A stretch of 64,000 nt of DNA from Amphiscolops sp. MND2022 (Eukaryota): assembly GCA_964187785.1 (NCBI GenBank), contig OZ076409.1, forward strand, positions 89,592,001 to 89,656,000, given 5' to 3'. A program made the position numbers and the translations under genes. Every line of letters begins with the position of its first letter. Positions within the stretch are counted from its first letter, which is position 1. This document shows, piece after piece, positions 10,952 to 23,645 of the stretch. The notes below the pieces were generated by a model. It was given only the letters and a program-made list of their open reading frames with translations, was not told the origin of the DNA and made no database searches.

Positions 10952-13900
10952 ATGGATTTCTATCGAGGAAGCATACCGCCAAATTTCATCTCTTTCTGTT
11001 TAGATCGCCAGAATTTAGATGATTCTCATACACCAACCAACCCTGCTTCCGCTAATCCCACCGAAGTTATTTCATCCATGAATTCCGTTCCCATTCCGGG
11101 TACAACTCGAAACTTGGTTCCTTCTCCCCCTCCATTTCCTCCATTGGTTTCTTCTTCCCAGATTACCAGGATCCTACCCCCACTAGTAGGTCCATCAGTT
11201 GAGTCTCAAGGACTCAATTCCAATTCCCAATCATCTGAACGTTCGGGCCAGGATCAAGTTGCTGAGGTCATCTCCCCACATAGCGTAGACAGTAACATTG
11301 ACGTTACGGCGTATGCAGACGAGATGGTCGAACATATGCAGAAAACGCAGTTGTCTAACGAGATAGTGGAAGAAATAGTAGAAGTTAGGCGAGAGGGCGC
11401 AGTGAAGGCCTCCCACGGCACTGAGTTGTCTGCAGACATGCCAATCACCCGGTCTAGCACTCCAATACCCCACGCCAGTTGCACAGTCCCCACAGTTAGT
11501 TTGTCTCAATTGGAATCAGGGCTTGAGATTGCTGGGCCTCCTGATGCAACCTTGCCGCAATTGCTGCCTGTTGAAGGAGTTCCCAATGAGACAAGTAAGG
11601 TGTCATTCCTCCAGCAAGACGAAGACAACAGTTCCTCTGTCCACGATGCCCCCCCGTTGCCTGGAACAGTCACAGCGACAACATACGTCTCTGACTATGG
11701 TGAGTTGGACCAGTTGAACGAGAGTAGTGATCAACAGATAGATTTGTATGGTTACCGGGACACATTGAGAAGCATGGACTCAGTTGCAGAAGAGACGCAG
11801 GAATCCGATTTTGGCATCCAGGACCCACAGGTCCCTGGGACTTCCTCCTCCCAGCTTGGGGCCACTGGTCCCAAGTTACATAACCTGTCTGGAAGGAGTA
11901 GAGCCACTTTGAAACAGTATTTTGGAGAAGCCAAGCCCATTACTTTGCCGCAGGGTCGCCCCGTAATAACACTTACTGAACCGCAGCTGTACCACCTCCT
12001 TAGGGTGCTCACCAATGAGACTGTGAGTTTGTCTTATAACACGATGGAGCATATGGTTGTATCGGCAGTGAAAGGAGCCCCAGCGACGTCCAAGTCACGG
12101 ACTGATCAATTCAAAACTTTCAGGCGCGCACAAACGCCTTATCCTTCAAGTAAAGGAGATAGTGGCTCCGAAGGGTGCACTACCCCAGTCCGCTATGATT
12201 CTCTGACTGACGCAGAAATGAGTGGAGGAACCGAATCAGGTGACACGTCCTTTCATGAGGAATCGGACAGTGCAGGGGAGTTAGCTTTAATTGAGCAAAA
12301 CTTTGCCAGAGCAGGAACTTCCATGCTTAAGGATCCGAGTGAAGTACCGGGGCCTTCTAGTCGATCTCTGGAAAATCCTCATACCAGTGATGCCAATTGT
12401 CTCGATGAAACTTTGTCGCAAGTAAGGGATCACGCCATTGCTGAAAAGACCCATACAGGCTCTAAGAAGAAACAACCTCAGAAGAAGAAAAGGGTGAAGA
12501 GACGAGGAGTGCCAATGAGAGAAGAGTTTTTCTCAAAAATTGGGTGGACCCGGTCTTTTATCTCAGGACCTGCAGACCCGCTACACAATTCACATATGGT
12601 ATGGTGCCATATATGTAAAAAGAATTTTTCCATACGTTCCAAAGGCCCGGAGGAAATTCTTCGTCACCACCGAACTGAGAAACATCTGCGCAAGGACCAG
12701 CGCTGGCGCTATGAATACTTGAAAAGCGTAGACCCAGTCACAGGGAAAGTTCAACATAGGGTCAGAGGGCGAGACGGTCGAATCCTGAACAGGCTCGCGT
12801 TGGCCAAAGAAATGCCTCGCTTCATACATGCTGAATTAGTTGACATAGGGGAGCGATTCCCCTTTTATGACGACTTCATCAAAGGCAGAACTGATCCCTT
12901 GGTCACGCCTGATTCGCGAGCACGGACCCAATTGTGAGTTACGGCTGATTTCCTCCAAAGTCACGGTGATTTACATCTTCTCCGGAATCTATGGACGAGG
13001 GTCAGTTCATACACGGACTTTCAGGCTGCACTATGTGACTTTGACTGGAGTGCAGAACGATTCTCTGTAAGTATCATATCGTTAAGCTGCCGTTTTAGGC
13101 GGTTATGTCACATCCAGGAGTTGATTTCCCTTATGTCCTTTTCAGGTCATTTTCCAACACTTCTTCAACTGCGCTCTGGATGACATAGCCAATCACATCA
13201 CAAAGGAGCAATGCCTTGGGCTCGAGTTCGAGGACGTGGGCAGTTATCGCTTCATGTCAGTCCGGTTTTGGAAGGAAAACACCCTATGCAGGGTCTTCAT
13301 CTGTCGGAGTGGGCTACCTTCTCCAAATCTAAACGGGGAATTGGGATCCCTGGCTCGGTTGTCGTCCTCAATTTCGCCTAAAGTGGACATAGTCGCCAGT
13401 TCTGGGTGTCCCGCCGATTTTATCCGTGTGGTTGATCAATCGGATTACTTCTCAAAGGGAGTCCAGTCCTGTTTCCGATTCAGCCAATTTTCCTTAGAGA
13501 CTCTGATGCATAAGTCCAGTCGCTCTATCTTCGGACACATTGATTTCTTTTCAGTGTTAAGGGGGCTTGTCATCTCTCTAGGAGGCTCTCTCAGGGAGGA
13601 ATGAGCGATGCCGAGTCCCGAATTATCCAATGTAAGTGATTTCGTTCTTCTCTGAACAGGCATGATCCGGGTTTCTGTAGGGTATTGATCGGGTTCAGGT
13701 TGTGGAGGGCTATGGATCAGTGATATTGATATAGTAAGTACACCATAGGTCTTGTTTAGGGTATACGAACCTGCAAGTTGAACTTATTGACTTTGCCAGT
13801 CCTCTGTCTGGAACTCATTCGTGAATGGAAGGCTATACAGAGGTTTTTGACAATACATGCACCTCGACAACAAGGACAAGGCGTGAGGGGTAGAGTAAGT

Positions 13901-15333
13901 AATTGCCTCCCTTTAATTGTCATGTAGCACCACTATGTACAGTATCCCTAAATCCCCGTAGTGGATCATCTTTGGTCTGACAACCAAATTCCCATTGAGT
14001 TGATTTCTTTGTTGCAGGTGCAAAGTTTCGAGTGGTCACTCATTTGTGATGAGTTTTTCACCATCAAGTTGGATTTCTTCTCCAAGCTGGTCAACGATTG
14101 TTAGTATACCTATTGTCAGGTATAGAAGTTGAGGTAGTATCCCATTTTGGGCATGGTTTTGTATTTGTAGACGTATCCAGTTTCTCTGTCAACTTGGCCC
14201 AACGCCGCGATGCCTCATTCTATGTATGTGGAGAGACCAGCCGCTTCATACATCGGATTTGTTCTCGAGCATTCACTGCGGACACAATCCCTTCCGAAGA
14301 TTCTTGGTTCGATTTGCTCTCTTTCAAATCAGCAGACGGGACCCTTATGGACGGAGACGACTTCCTTACCAGGCTCAGATTGTCCAGTAAAGTTCCTCAC
14401 GTTTGCAAACAGAGGGCAGAGGGGTTGCATTCGGGCAAGAAGAGCGAAGCGGCTGCTATTCAAAAGACTGCCAAAGAACTTTAGGAGGAGTTCATCACAG
14501 ACGGACTCAAGTATATAGGCCACCTTTTGGATGGATTACACAAGCAGGCTGGGCTCAACACCCACATCATCAAAGGGCTTGCTGCTTTCGATCCTGTTGT
14601 GTTATTCAAACAACCACCTGCTTCTGCTTTACGTCACTTCGAGTTGCTCTACAATACATTCCAGCTTCGTTCTTGGGTAACCGGTGATGCTGAGTTCATT
14701 TATCGAGATGAGTTTTTAGCGCTCATAGATCATTTGCGCGTATCCCGTTCTGCCGACTTCACCCTCCTCAGTGAGTCTCAGGATTTGATTGATTTCCTCA
14801 TGGGGCTTGAATTCCTACAGAAGCGGACTCATTTACTCTACCTCTTCAAGTTATGCTGTTTGTGTATCACTAGCCCCAGTTCTCAGCTTCCTGTCGTTAC
14901 GATTGCTAGTATTGATACCAACGATCATCAAGGTCGGTCTACCGATGTTATTCTCCCTGGGCAGAGTTATCTTGTTAATGTTCCTGGGTCAATTTCACAT
15001 TGTGTCAGCGATCAATGTTTGAGCAAGTTCTCTCTGCTTTCAAGTGACTTCGATAGGTCTGCGTTCAGTCCAGAGTATGACCCTTGGGCCTACGTAGATT
15101 CTTTTGGTCGCTCGATTATTTTCAAGTCTCTGCTGAACACTTATAAGTCTGTCATCTCTGGTCCGAAGACAGGCACGGTCCGGATGTCCCCTGACGATGC
15201 CTCATCAGTTGTTGATGATTCCGCCCTGAAGGTCCCCAGTAAGACGAAAAGGAAACGTCAGAGCAGCAGCCTTGTTGGATTTTCCAGTTCTCCAACAGCG
15301 GGTAGACGATCCCAATCAAGTTCTAATGAGTAA
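10952..15333 (+). pseudogene. Antisense spliced gene inside the Gypsy element: disordered N-terminus, NLS, BED-type zinc finger, degenerate hAT-transposase-like body; nonsense mutations in this copy
   Basis: WCHICKKNFSIRSKGPEEILRHHRTEKH (BED-like); GT-AG introns 13067-13145, 13632-13759, 13895-14017 join open frames (a fourth near 14120-14170 is unresolved); in-frame stops at 12935, 13602, 14482; C-terminal GLAAFDP and LLYLFKLCCLCITS resemble hAT motifs. Confidence 0.7.
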
Positions 15334-15554
15334 ATGTACATATGTATTTATGTACTTTCATGTTGTAAACTTGTTAATTTCTTCAGTTTTATTGCCGTAT
15401 TTATATTTCTACTTTGTTTTCTTGATGATTTGATCCCATAATTATTCTTTATTAGGGATCCTTTGGAATGCCCCAGTATTTATTCAAAAGAAGTTCTCTT
15501 TTGGAAAAACAAAGCTAAAAGAAAAGAATTCCCATTTCCGGGAAAATTCAATTC

Positions 15555-18500
15555 TTAGTATCTGAAGTCTTCTGAATAGTTTGGATTAGGATTGGGCCTG
15601 AGATTATATTTCCCTCCTCTAGGGCTCAGACTTTCATTTCTAGCATCATTTTCTGATATTTCGGGCACGATAATATCGTCCCCCCTTTTTGGAGACTTTT
15701 GTGCATCGCTTTCATTGATCGAATTTCTTTCTGGAAAGTTTTTGTCATTTTTCAATCCTTCAGCCGTATTCGGCAGAGATTTTTCTTGATTCTTTGGGGG
15801 AACGGCCGGATTTGGCCAATCAGGGTTTTCATTTTCATTTGCTTCATTAGCTTCATTAGCATTGCTGACGTCATTTTCCATTTCTTCATTTCTACTGCGT
15901 GGTGCGTCGTTGACGTCATTCGGACAATCAGTCGTGATTATGTAATCACTTTCATTCTCGCTTGCATCACTTGTATTCGCTTGTGCCGTGTTCGGCCGTT
16001 CGCCATTCGTCAAGCTAGCCGGAATCGGCTCGCTGCCTCGTGTGGCTAGCTGTTCGCCAAAATTTGTGTCCCACGTTATTACGTATAATTCGTCCTGTGG
16101 AATGATTATGTCTTCGTCCGGCTGCAATCTCTCTTCTCGAAAATTGTCCTCGAGCGGCTGATTAGGAACGAACTTTTTGAGACGAATTCGATGCAAGATC
16201 TGCGTTTTATTCGTATTAGGTCTGCGGACGATGTAGTTCTCATTAGGTAAAGCTTTCTGGACTATGAATGGTCCAACCCATCGATAATCTCTGAAGGGAA
16301 TTTTGGATCCTTGGTGATCCGCTTTTGGCTGTAATACAAAACAGTAATCGCCCTCCTTGAGTGGGGCGGCTTTGGCTTTTCGATCGTAATACTCCTTATA
16401 TTTGATATATGACTGCATGATGTTTTGCTTCGTCTTGTCGATAAGGAGCTTTGTCCGATTTTGGATTTCTTCTGCGAATTTAGTAGTCGGATGGATTTGC
16501 TCGTTTGGATTTGTTCCAAGCTTGTGATCCAAGATGTTGTATGGGATTCTTCCATGGAACACTCTTGTCGGTTCACATCCGATACTGGCATGATAACTAG
16601 TATTGTGATTCAGAACTGCTAATGGCAAGTATTTGTGCCATTGTCGGCGATATTCCCCACATGCCATTTTCAAGTTTGTTTTCAATGAGGCATGTGTGCG
16701 CTCCAATTTCCCGATAGTTTGCGGGTGCTTTGTCGTTGCACATTTCAGGGTAATTCCTAAAATTTGGGTAATTTCTGCAATAATCGTGGAAGTGAAGGCA
16801 GTTCCTTTGTCCGTAATGAGCGTCGTCGGTAAGTAGGAATGTTTGGTCATAATATCAATGAGTGCTTTGGCTACATTGATCGCTGATGCATCTGTGAGCG
16901 GATATGCAAACAAATATCGAGAAAAGACATCAATCGCGGTTAATACATTTTCATATCCTCCACTTGGGGGAAGGTTCGGCAATAAGTCAATTTGCATTGC
17001 GTCTTCGGGTCCAAGGTCCCATTCCGGCAAGTTAAGTAGCTCGGGCGTGATTGTTGCATTTGGGACTCGTTTGTCCTTTGCGCATTGTTCGCACCCTTCT
17101 ACCCACTTTTTAACATATTTCGCCATGTTAGGGTAGTAATACCTCTGTCTGATCTCCTGCAGCATTTTTGAAATACCCGGATGCTTGTGAGCTGTCCCGT
17201 GTAAGGACTGGAGTAATTCCTGCAGCAAATGTTGCGGGAGAAGGATTTGGTGGTACTTTACATTCCCTGTTTCATCAAAATATTGCCTTGTGAGGATGTC
17301 TTCTTTGATGACAATTCGTTCCAGATTGTTAGCATAATGCCTGTACCGAGCGTCCTGTTGCAGTATGTTTTCTGAGTAATCTTCATGAAGGAGTTTCGCC
17401 TTCAATTGTTGTAATACTGCATCCTTGGATTGCTCAATAATTATCTGGTTTGTTTTCCTCAATCGGACTTGTATTTCAGGTTGTTGTTTGGCTAAGTTAG
17501 TGGAAAGAGTTTGTATTGTAACTGTAGGGTCTTCGATTACAGGATTTTTCCTGATTGCTTCTTTTCTCGCCCAATATTGTTCTTCAGTCTCATCGTCGTC
17601 GTTGGTGTAGAAGATTTGCTCTTCCTGTGAGACTCCTGCTGATTGGACGTTTATTTCTATTGGCAACGTTTGTACATCTTCTCGGATTTTCATTACTAAT
17701 TTGTCCTTTGGGTCTGCTTCCAATCGGGACAAGTAATCCGCTGCCGTATTCTGTGCTCCTGGGATGTGCGCAATGACAAAATTGAACTGAATTACATAGT
17801 CGCACGCATTCCACAGAGCTGGGGGTACGATTTTCGTCTGAAAGAATCTTGTTACGGCTTTGTTGTCGGTTAGAATTATGACCGGTTTCGGCGCTCCCCA
17901 AAAAAGATGCCCAAATTCTTTGAATGCGAAATAAATCGCAAGAAATTCTTTTGCATAAATTGACATCTTTATCTGGGCTGGGGTGAAGGTTTTTGAACCA
18001 TAAGCGACCGGTGCATATGATTTGCGGATTGACGTGAATTTCTGACTCGGATCATCTTCAATGAGTACTGCGTATCCTGCAGCTCCGAAACTTGCATCTG
18101 TCATGAGTGCAATCTGCTTGTTAGGAATGGGTTGTTGTAAGGCTAAGTCGCAACATTTGTCCAGAGCTCGGTTGATTTCCTCAAATTGCTGTACCAATTC
18201 TCTTGATACTAGGACTTTTTCGTCACTTTTCAGCATCTTGTAGAATGGAGCAAGGCGTTCGGACAGTCTTGGGACGTAGTTTCGGTAGTAGTTAAGGAAA
18301 CCCAAACATCTTTGCAAAGCCTTTTTCGACTTTGGAAATTTGGTTTTTTCTAGAAAATTCTGAACGTTCTGCCGTTGGGGTTTGACGCCTTGTGGAGTAA
18401 TCGTTCGTCCGAGGAAATCACTTTCTGTGGCACCAAAATGACACTTGTGCATCGTCAATTTAAGTCCTGCTTCCTGAATGCATTTGAAAGTTGCTCTTAG

Positions 18501-20770
18501 GTTAGCAATGAGATGGTCAGCGTCGTTGGCTGCGATGCCGATATCGTCCACGTACTGGGCACACTGATCCGCTTTTATGACTTTGTCGAGGTATTCTCTC
18601 ATGAAACTGGAGAATGCGGACAGCGCCCTACTAAGGCCTTGTGCCAATCGTCTGTAGGCAAATGTGCGGCTGGCGAAATTGAAGGCCAACATTTCAATTG
18701 ATCGCTGCTCAGCCATCGGCAGGCAGTGGTATGCCTGTGAACAGTCTAATTTACAGAACAGTTTTTTCCCCGCTAAGTGTTGAGCGGCATCAACTAAGGT
18801 ACTGACTGGGTGGTTATTGTTTATATAATCATCAGAGATTAGGTTGTTGATTTTTCTCAAGTCAACCAGAAGTCTCAGTTTCCCATTTGGTTTCTTTTGC
18901 GCGAATATTGGGCTGGCGTATTTCGAGAACGGTAAAGTAGTTATTATGCCATATTTATGGAGCATGGCTAATTCGACTAATATGTCCTCTTTCAAGTTTA
19001 TTGGCGCAGGGAGGCTTTAGCTATAGGCTGGGGAATCGTCCTTAGGCGTCAATTTCACCTTGAATTCCTCATTCTTGCCTATATCAAATCTGTGTCTCGC
19101 AAAAATGTCGTGAAATTCCACTAGCAATTCTTCAATTTTGGCTTTCTCTTCAAGGGTTAGGGTGGAGTCTTTCCAATCAAAATTTCCCAAGAGTTTTCCC
19201 CTAGATTCCTCGTCTTTCGTGGGATCAAGGGATTCTAGGTCCTGTAGGGCTTGTAGTTCGCGGAGGATTCTTTTCTGGATTGGAGTGTGTTCTTCTGGAT
19301 TCCCTGGATTTTCCGGAGTTGGATTTTCCAGTAGTTTTCGGAGTTTTGTGAATTTTTGTTCATCTTGATCAGGCTACTGACGTAATGGGCTGCTTGCTCT
19401 TGGTCGTTTTGCAACAAATGCCAGGTTGATGCCGGGTCTACCGGTTTGACATATTTCATTTGTTCTGGCGTCATGACTGAAAAACTAGCAATATGGAGTC
19501 CCTTTTTGAGCTTGTAAGGGTGGTCTGTGAAGTTATTCACTGGTATCAATATATTGCCGTCATTCAAGGTGACCAAGGCTGGACAGAATGTGATGTCGCC
19601 TTCTTCATGGAGAAGGTCGCACGGTTGCAAATTTCCTGTGACCGTGTTTTCAGGGTATAATAAGGAATTGGTCCTAATCAGGACTCTGTCGTTTGGCGGA
19701 ATGGTTATTTCAGTAGGGTTTAGAAATGGCTCTAGCACGTTCGAGTATTTATGATCAGCTGTTTTGAGCTGCATTGAAAAGAACGGAAAGTTCAGTATTC
19801 CTTGTCTCATGTCCAGTACTGTATGATTTCTCTGTAGAAACATCAGTCCTATAATCGGTCCTGTCAAGTGTTCCATTACTATAAAAATTTCATGGAACTC
19901 TATGTCACCAACTTCGAATTTGAGCTCTATTGTACTCTTGGGAGTCTCTAGTTGCCCATTTGCGACCATTATCTGGAAGTTTGGAGGCGGACCTTCCCGG
20001 ATTACTGATTGTGGCGATAAGAGTCTGATTTTCCGGAGGTCCATCTCTGGGATTGCACTGGATAATGCACCAGTGTCGATAAGTCCGTCTATGGTCAATT
20101 CCCCAAAATCCATGGGGAAATATAGCATGCGTTTCTTGCATTTCAGATTTATGTTGGTGGACAGGGGTATGCAGACCGGTTCACCATCTCTGGTAATAAG
20201 AACGTTTTGGAACTGACTTTCATCTAATAGCGACTGTGGGACTGTTTCTTCCATGTTTTGGGTAGTCTCGGTCCCCAGGGGATTTGGGAACACCGGATGG
20301 CTTGTGCCATCATTCATTTGCCAGGTTTCAATCAATGCTCTAGTTTTCTTGTTGTGGGTGATTGGAGGATTTTCATGGGCTGATTTATTGTAGAGTTCGA
20401 TATCATCAATGACGTATTGGAATTGTAGCAGATCTTGGTTGTAGAGTTCCGTGTCCCAATAGGGATCTCGTCCATAATCGGGGTCTATGTAGGTAGGGTT
20501 GTAATCGTCTACCAAGGGAATGGGCCTGAATCGGCTATTGAAAGCAGATGTGTAATCAGGATCCCATACAGGAATTGGTTTCTGGAACAAATGGGTATTA
20601 TTGTAAGTAATAATGGTAGCTTTTTCCATCTGCTGCTGCCAGACAGAAGAAGGATAGCCCATTAATTGTTGCTGATAGTTATGAAAGTTTTTAGTTGGAG
20701 GGTCCGATTTGATGTATTGTCGGACAGAGACTAGTTGGTCATAGTGGAGTCGTGGCGAAGCTAGTTTTTT
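15555..20770 (-). pseudogene. pol: Gypsy pol: aspartic protease, dUTPase-like domain, RT, RNase H, integrase
   Basis: LIDTGA protease; YVDD RT; MTDAS RNase H; H-x5-H..CEQC and DDE integrase; disrupted by a frameshift near 19325 and a TAA at 19017-19019. Confidence 0.95.
20764..20770 (-). promoter_or_regulatory. -1 ribosomal frameshift heptamer A AAA AAC at the gag-pol junction
   Basis: GAG TCA AAA AAC TAG; the -1 frame is open from here into the protease ORF and closed by TGA just upstream (20774-20776). Confidence 0.85.
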
Positions 20771-21872
20771 GACTCATCTTTACTTGATGAGGATTGGCTG
20801 TTGGAAGATGCTGGTCTGTAGTTCGATTTTAAGGTTTTGGAGTCGGGGTCATTGTCCGACGAGTCTTCTGGTCTGGTGCGTTTAGGTTTAAGGTGCGCAC
20901 CTGCCCCTTGCCAACATCTCTCCTCCGGATGGTTCGTCTTGCCACAAGTACCACATTTAGGATAGGTCTTCTTCTGAGTCGTCTTGCCTTGTTGGGCATC
21001 TTTTCCCTTTTTCTTTTTTAATTTTTCACAATCTTTGACCATGTGGCCCTTTTCCTTACAATAATTGCACGTAATATCACTTATTTGTGTATTAGAAGGA
21101 ACAGTTTTTGGTTTCGTGACCGATGATGTCATTGACGCCATGGGTAGGTCTTCTGATTCTTCAAGTGCATTCAATTCTAGTTCTCTTTCTAGATGAGCGA
21201 CAATTTCATCGTACGAGCCATTCTCAAGTCTAGCCATGTTTACTGATCTTTTGAGCTTTGGTGGCAGTTTGGCATATAGGAGACTGTCAATCATTTTCTG
21301 AGCATTGTCTCCAAAGGCCTTTTCTGCTCCTTGATTGAGCTCCTCAAGAAAATCTGGCAGTTTGGTCGTGTTAGGATCGAAGACCAGGCGGTGCCATTTA
21401 TGTTTGGCAGTTGCCTGTGATTCAGGCTTGACGTATTTTCGTCTGAAAATGACGAGTACGTCCTCAAGAGTTTGTCTATTTGCAGTGCTGATGTTTCTGA
21501 ATGTTTGGAGTGCATTCTTTCTCAGCAAGGAATGAAAATGATTAATTTTCATTTGTTCCGTCATGTCAGGCTGCATCTTGATCATCGTATGGAATAAATC
21601 TTCAAACAGCTCGAACTTCTCACTTTTGCCGTCAAACGTCATAGTGTTTGAGTTGACTGGGCGGATTGTGAGTTGCTGGGCTGTCGGGCGATTCTGCATA
21701 CTTGTCAAGACGTCAGCTAGCCTGTTGATCGGGTCTTGTTCTGGTGCCAGAGCGGGTCGTTTTTGCGCCGGGATCGTCGTGTCGAGCAGGGGAAGGTCAT
21801 CATTTGATCTGTTGAGATGACTGGTGGATGGCATTCGTCCCGTGAGAAACTCAGGAACTTCGATTGGAGATT

Positions 21873-21890
21873 CGTTTTCTCCTGTCACCA
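21873..21890 (-). promoter_or_regulatory. Primer-binding site TGGTGACAGGAGAAAACG
   Basis: TGG directly after the 5' LTR terminal CA, complementary to a tRNA ending ...UCCUGUCACCA; tRNA identity not determined. Confidence 0.8.
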
Positions 21891-23645
21891 TGTCGTAAGC
21901 ACGAGAATTCGTGCTTGTGAATCCGTCTTTGAGACGGTCATTGGCCTGCTTACTCTTAGAATTGTTCCTAGGTTCTAAGTTTTGCAGCACTTCGGAATAT
22001 CCTTCTGGTCTCTCAGCCAGAACGTTCCATCTCTCTTTGGTCAACTGTCCCGACCCGGCCATAACTGCATTTTGGATTTGAGGCAAAATTTGACTACTGA
22101 TTGCCTCATTTATGGCCCTTTGAATCTGAACACTGACGCTATTCATCATTTCATCCATCTCTCGAGATATACGGGAATTTAACTCACTCGACAGTCTATT
22201 GATCTCAACACTTGAACTCGCTCTGATTGAATTTTGGCCTAATTCGGTATTTGGGCTAGGTCCATTATTTCCCGGGTTTGGGAACTCATTCTCATTCTCA
22301 TCTCCAAATTCATCTCCAAATAAGCTTTCTGGCCTACCGGCCTGATTACTATTCACACTTTCACTTCTCTCATTTCAATCAAAGTGGTTTCCTCCGAGCA
22401 TAATATCCAAATTCTCAATGTTTGATAGCATTTCTGCTTCTCTAGATTTCCTTGCTTTCTTCTGTTTCCTAGTAGTAGGCATTTAGAAAGAAAGTCCGAG
22501 GTTAATATTGAATTAGTTCGGAAAACTGGTAATATTAATGAACTGAACGTTATGAAAAGAAAGCAAATTGTCCCCTTAGGAGGGGGGTGTATATATATAC
22601 CTCCTGAGGCATGACACTCACATTTTCCACATATTATTGAAATGTTTACATATTTTGAAGGATCATGAGATTTTACGAGGATTGAAAAATAGCTATTGCA
22701 TCAAAGTGATTCAGGAATTTAGGGTCGGAAGAATTCCTGAAGAATGTACTCAATTACATACTCACGATAGCTTCAAAGTACGGGGGACGGTTTAGTCCGC
22801 ATTCCCGTAACAATTAACATCAAGGCAAATACATGTTCAGACACTTCAAAGTAATATTTGTGTCAACAGGTATGTGAGGTATCTAAGGCACGTGCCTGCA
22901 CACGCAGGCTAATTCATCAGGTAGCAACTCTAATTATATGCACTAATAAAAGGTGAGCGTGGCCCAATTCGGCCATTTGACAAAGGTACCAGCCAATTAA
23001 AGTGACCGGTTTAGTCCACTGGACTAGTATTTAGAGTTTCATGACTGGTGGTCACAACTACATCAATTGGGTTTAAATAGCCCCATTAGCGCCTTCTAAA
23101 TACAAATATAATCCTACATGACTTTAAATAACATGCATACTCAAATTAAACAATTACATAAGCTAATAGTTGGAATGGCCTAATCCGGCCATTTACCTTT
23201 GGTCCGCTTACAAAATAAGGTATAGCGTCAAGTGGCCGTATACGGCCAAACAAATATGACAGTATAATGCACAGCAAGATAGAGCGTTCTGATTGGCTGA
23301 CGGAATGAGCTCAAGTGACGTCTCCGGAATTGGAGTTTTGTTCACTTGAACTCGTTTCCGTTAAGCTTTACACTTGCCTTTATTACATTACGTCACTGCT
23401 AAACAATTCATCATTTAACATAATCATCACCGTTTGAATTCTAACACGGGTATTAATCAGACTAGTATTCATTTTGCGGTATAAAACCATAATCCGAATA
23501 CATAATGAATGTAATAAAACAACAGTGAGTTTTACTGAAAGTTTTGAATAATTCTCCTAAAATGTGGGTAAAGTGCCTGGTACGGCTTCTTGCTCGTTGG
23601 TAGTCGTTGTGATTCGTGTCCCATCGCAAGCGGCAGCCTGCGACA
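21891..23645 (-). repeat. 5' LTR (1755 bp)
   Basis: Direct repeat of 7421-9177 with scattered substitutions; adjacent to the PBS. Confidence 0.97.

Larger units (their letters stand above)
20761..22482 (-). pseudogene. gag: Gypsy gag (573 codons) starting within the 5' LTR; premature TGA at 22375-22377
   Basis: CNYCKEKGHMVKDC and CGTCGKTNHPEERC knuckles, FDGKSEKFELF capsid-start motif; ATG 22482 is in frame and the 3' LTR has AGA where the 5' LTR has TGA. Confidence 0.92.
7421..23645 (-). mobile_element. Full-length Ty3/Gypsy LTR retrotransposon (16.2 kb) with two extra genes
   Basis: Two near-identical ~1.76-kb LTRs with TGTCG...CGACA ends, 5-bp TSD CTTGA (7416-7420, 23646-23650), PBS, gag with 2 CCHC knuckles, pol order PR-RT-RH-IN. 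Confidence 0.97.

Noticed and set aside
9984..15547. 11-bp inverted match (attttcccgga / tccgggaaaat) as TIRs of a nested hAT
   Set aside because: No flanking 8-bp TSD and no hAT-type (C/T)A(G/A) terminus; probably chance
7421..23645. DIRS/Ngaro element or segmental duplication
   Set aside because: DDE integrase, TG..CA LTRs, PBS and 5-bp TSD fit Ty3/Gypsy; no tyrosine recombinase
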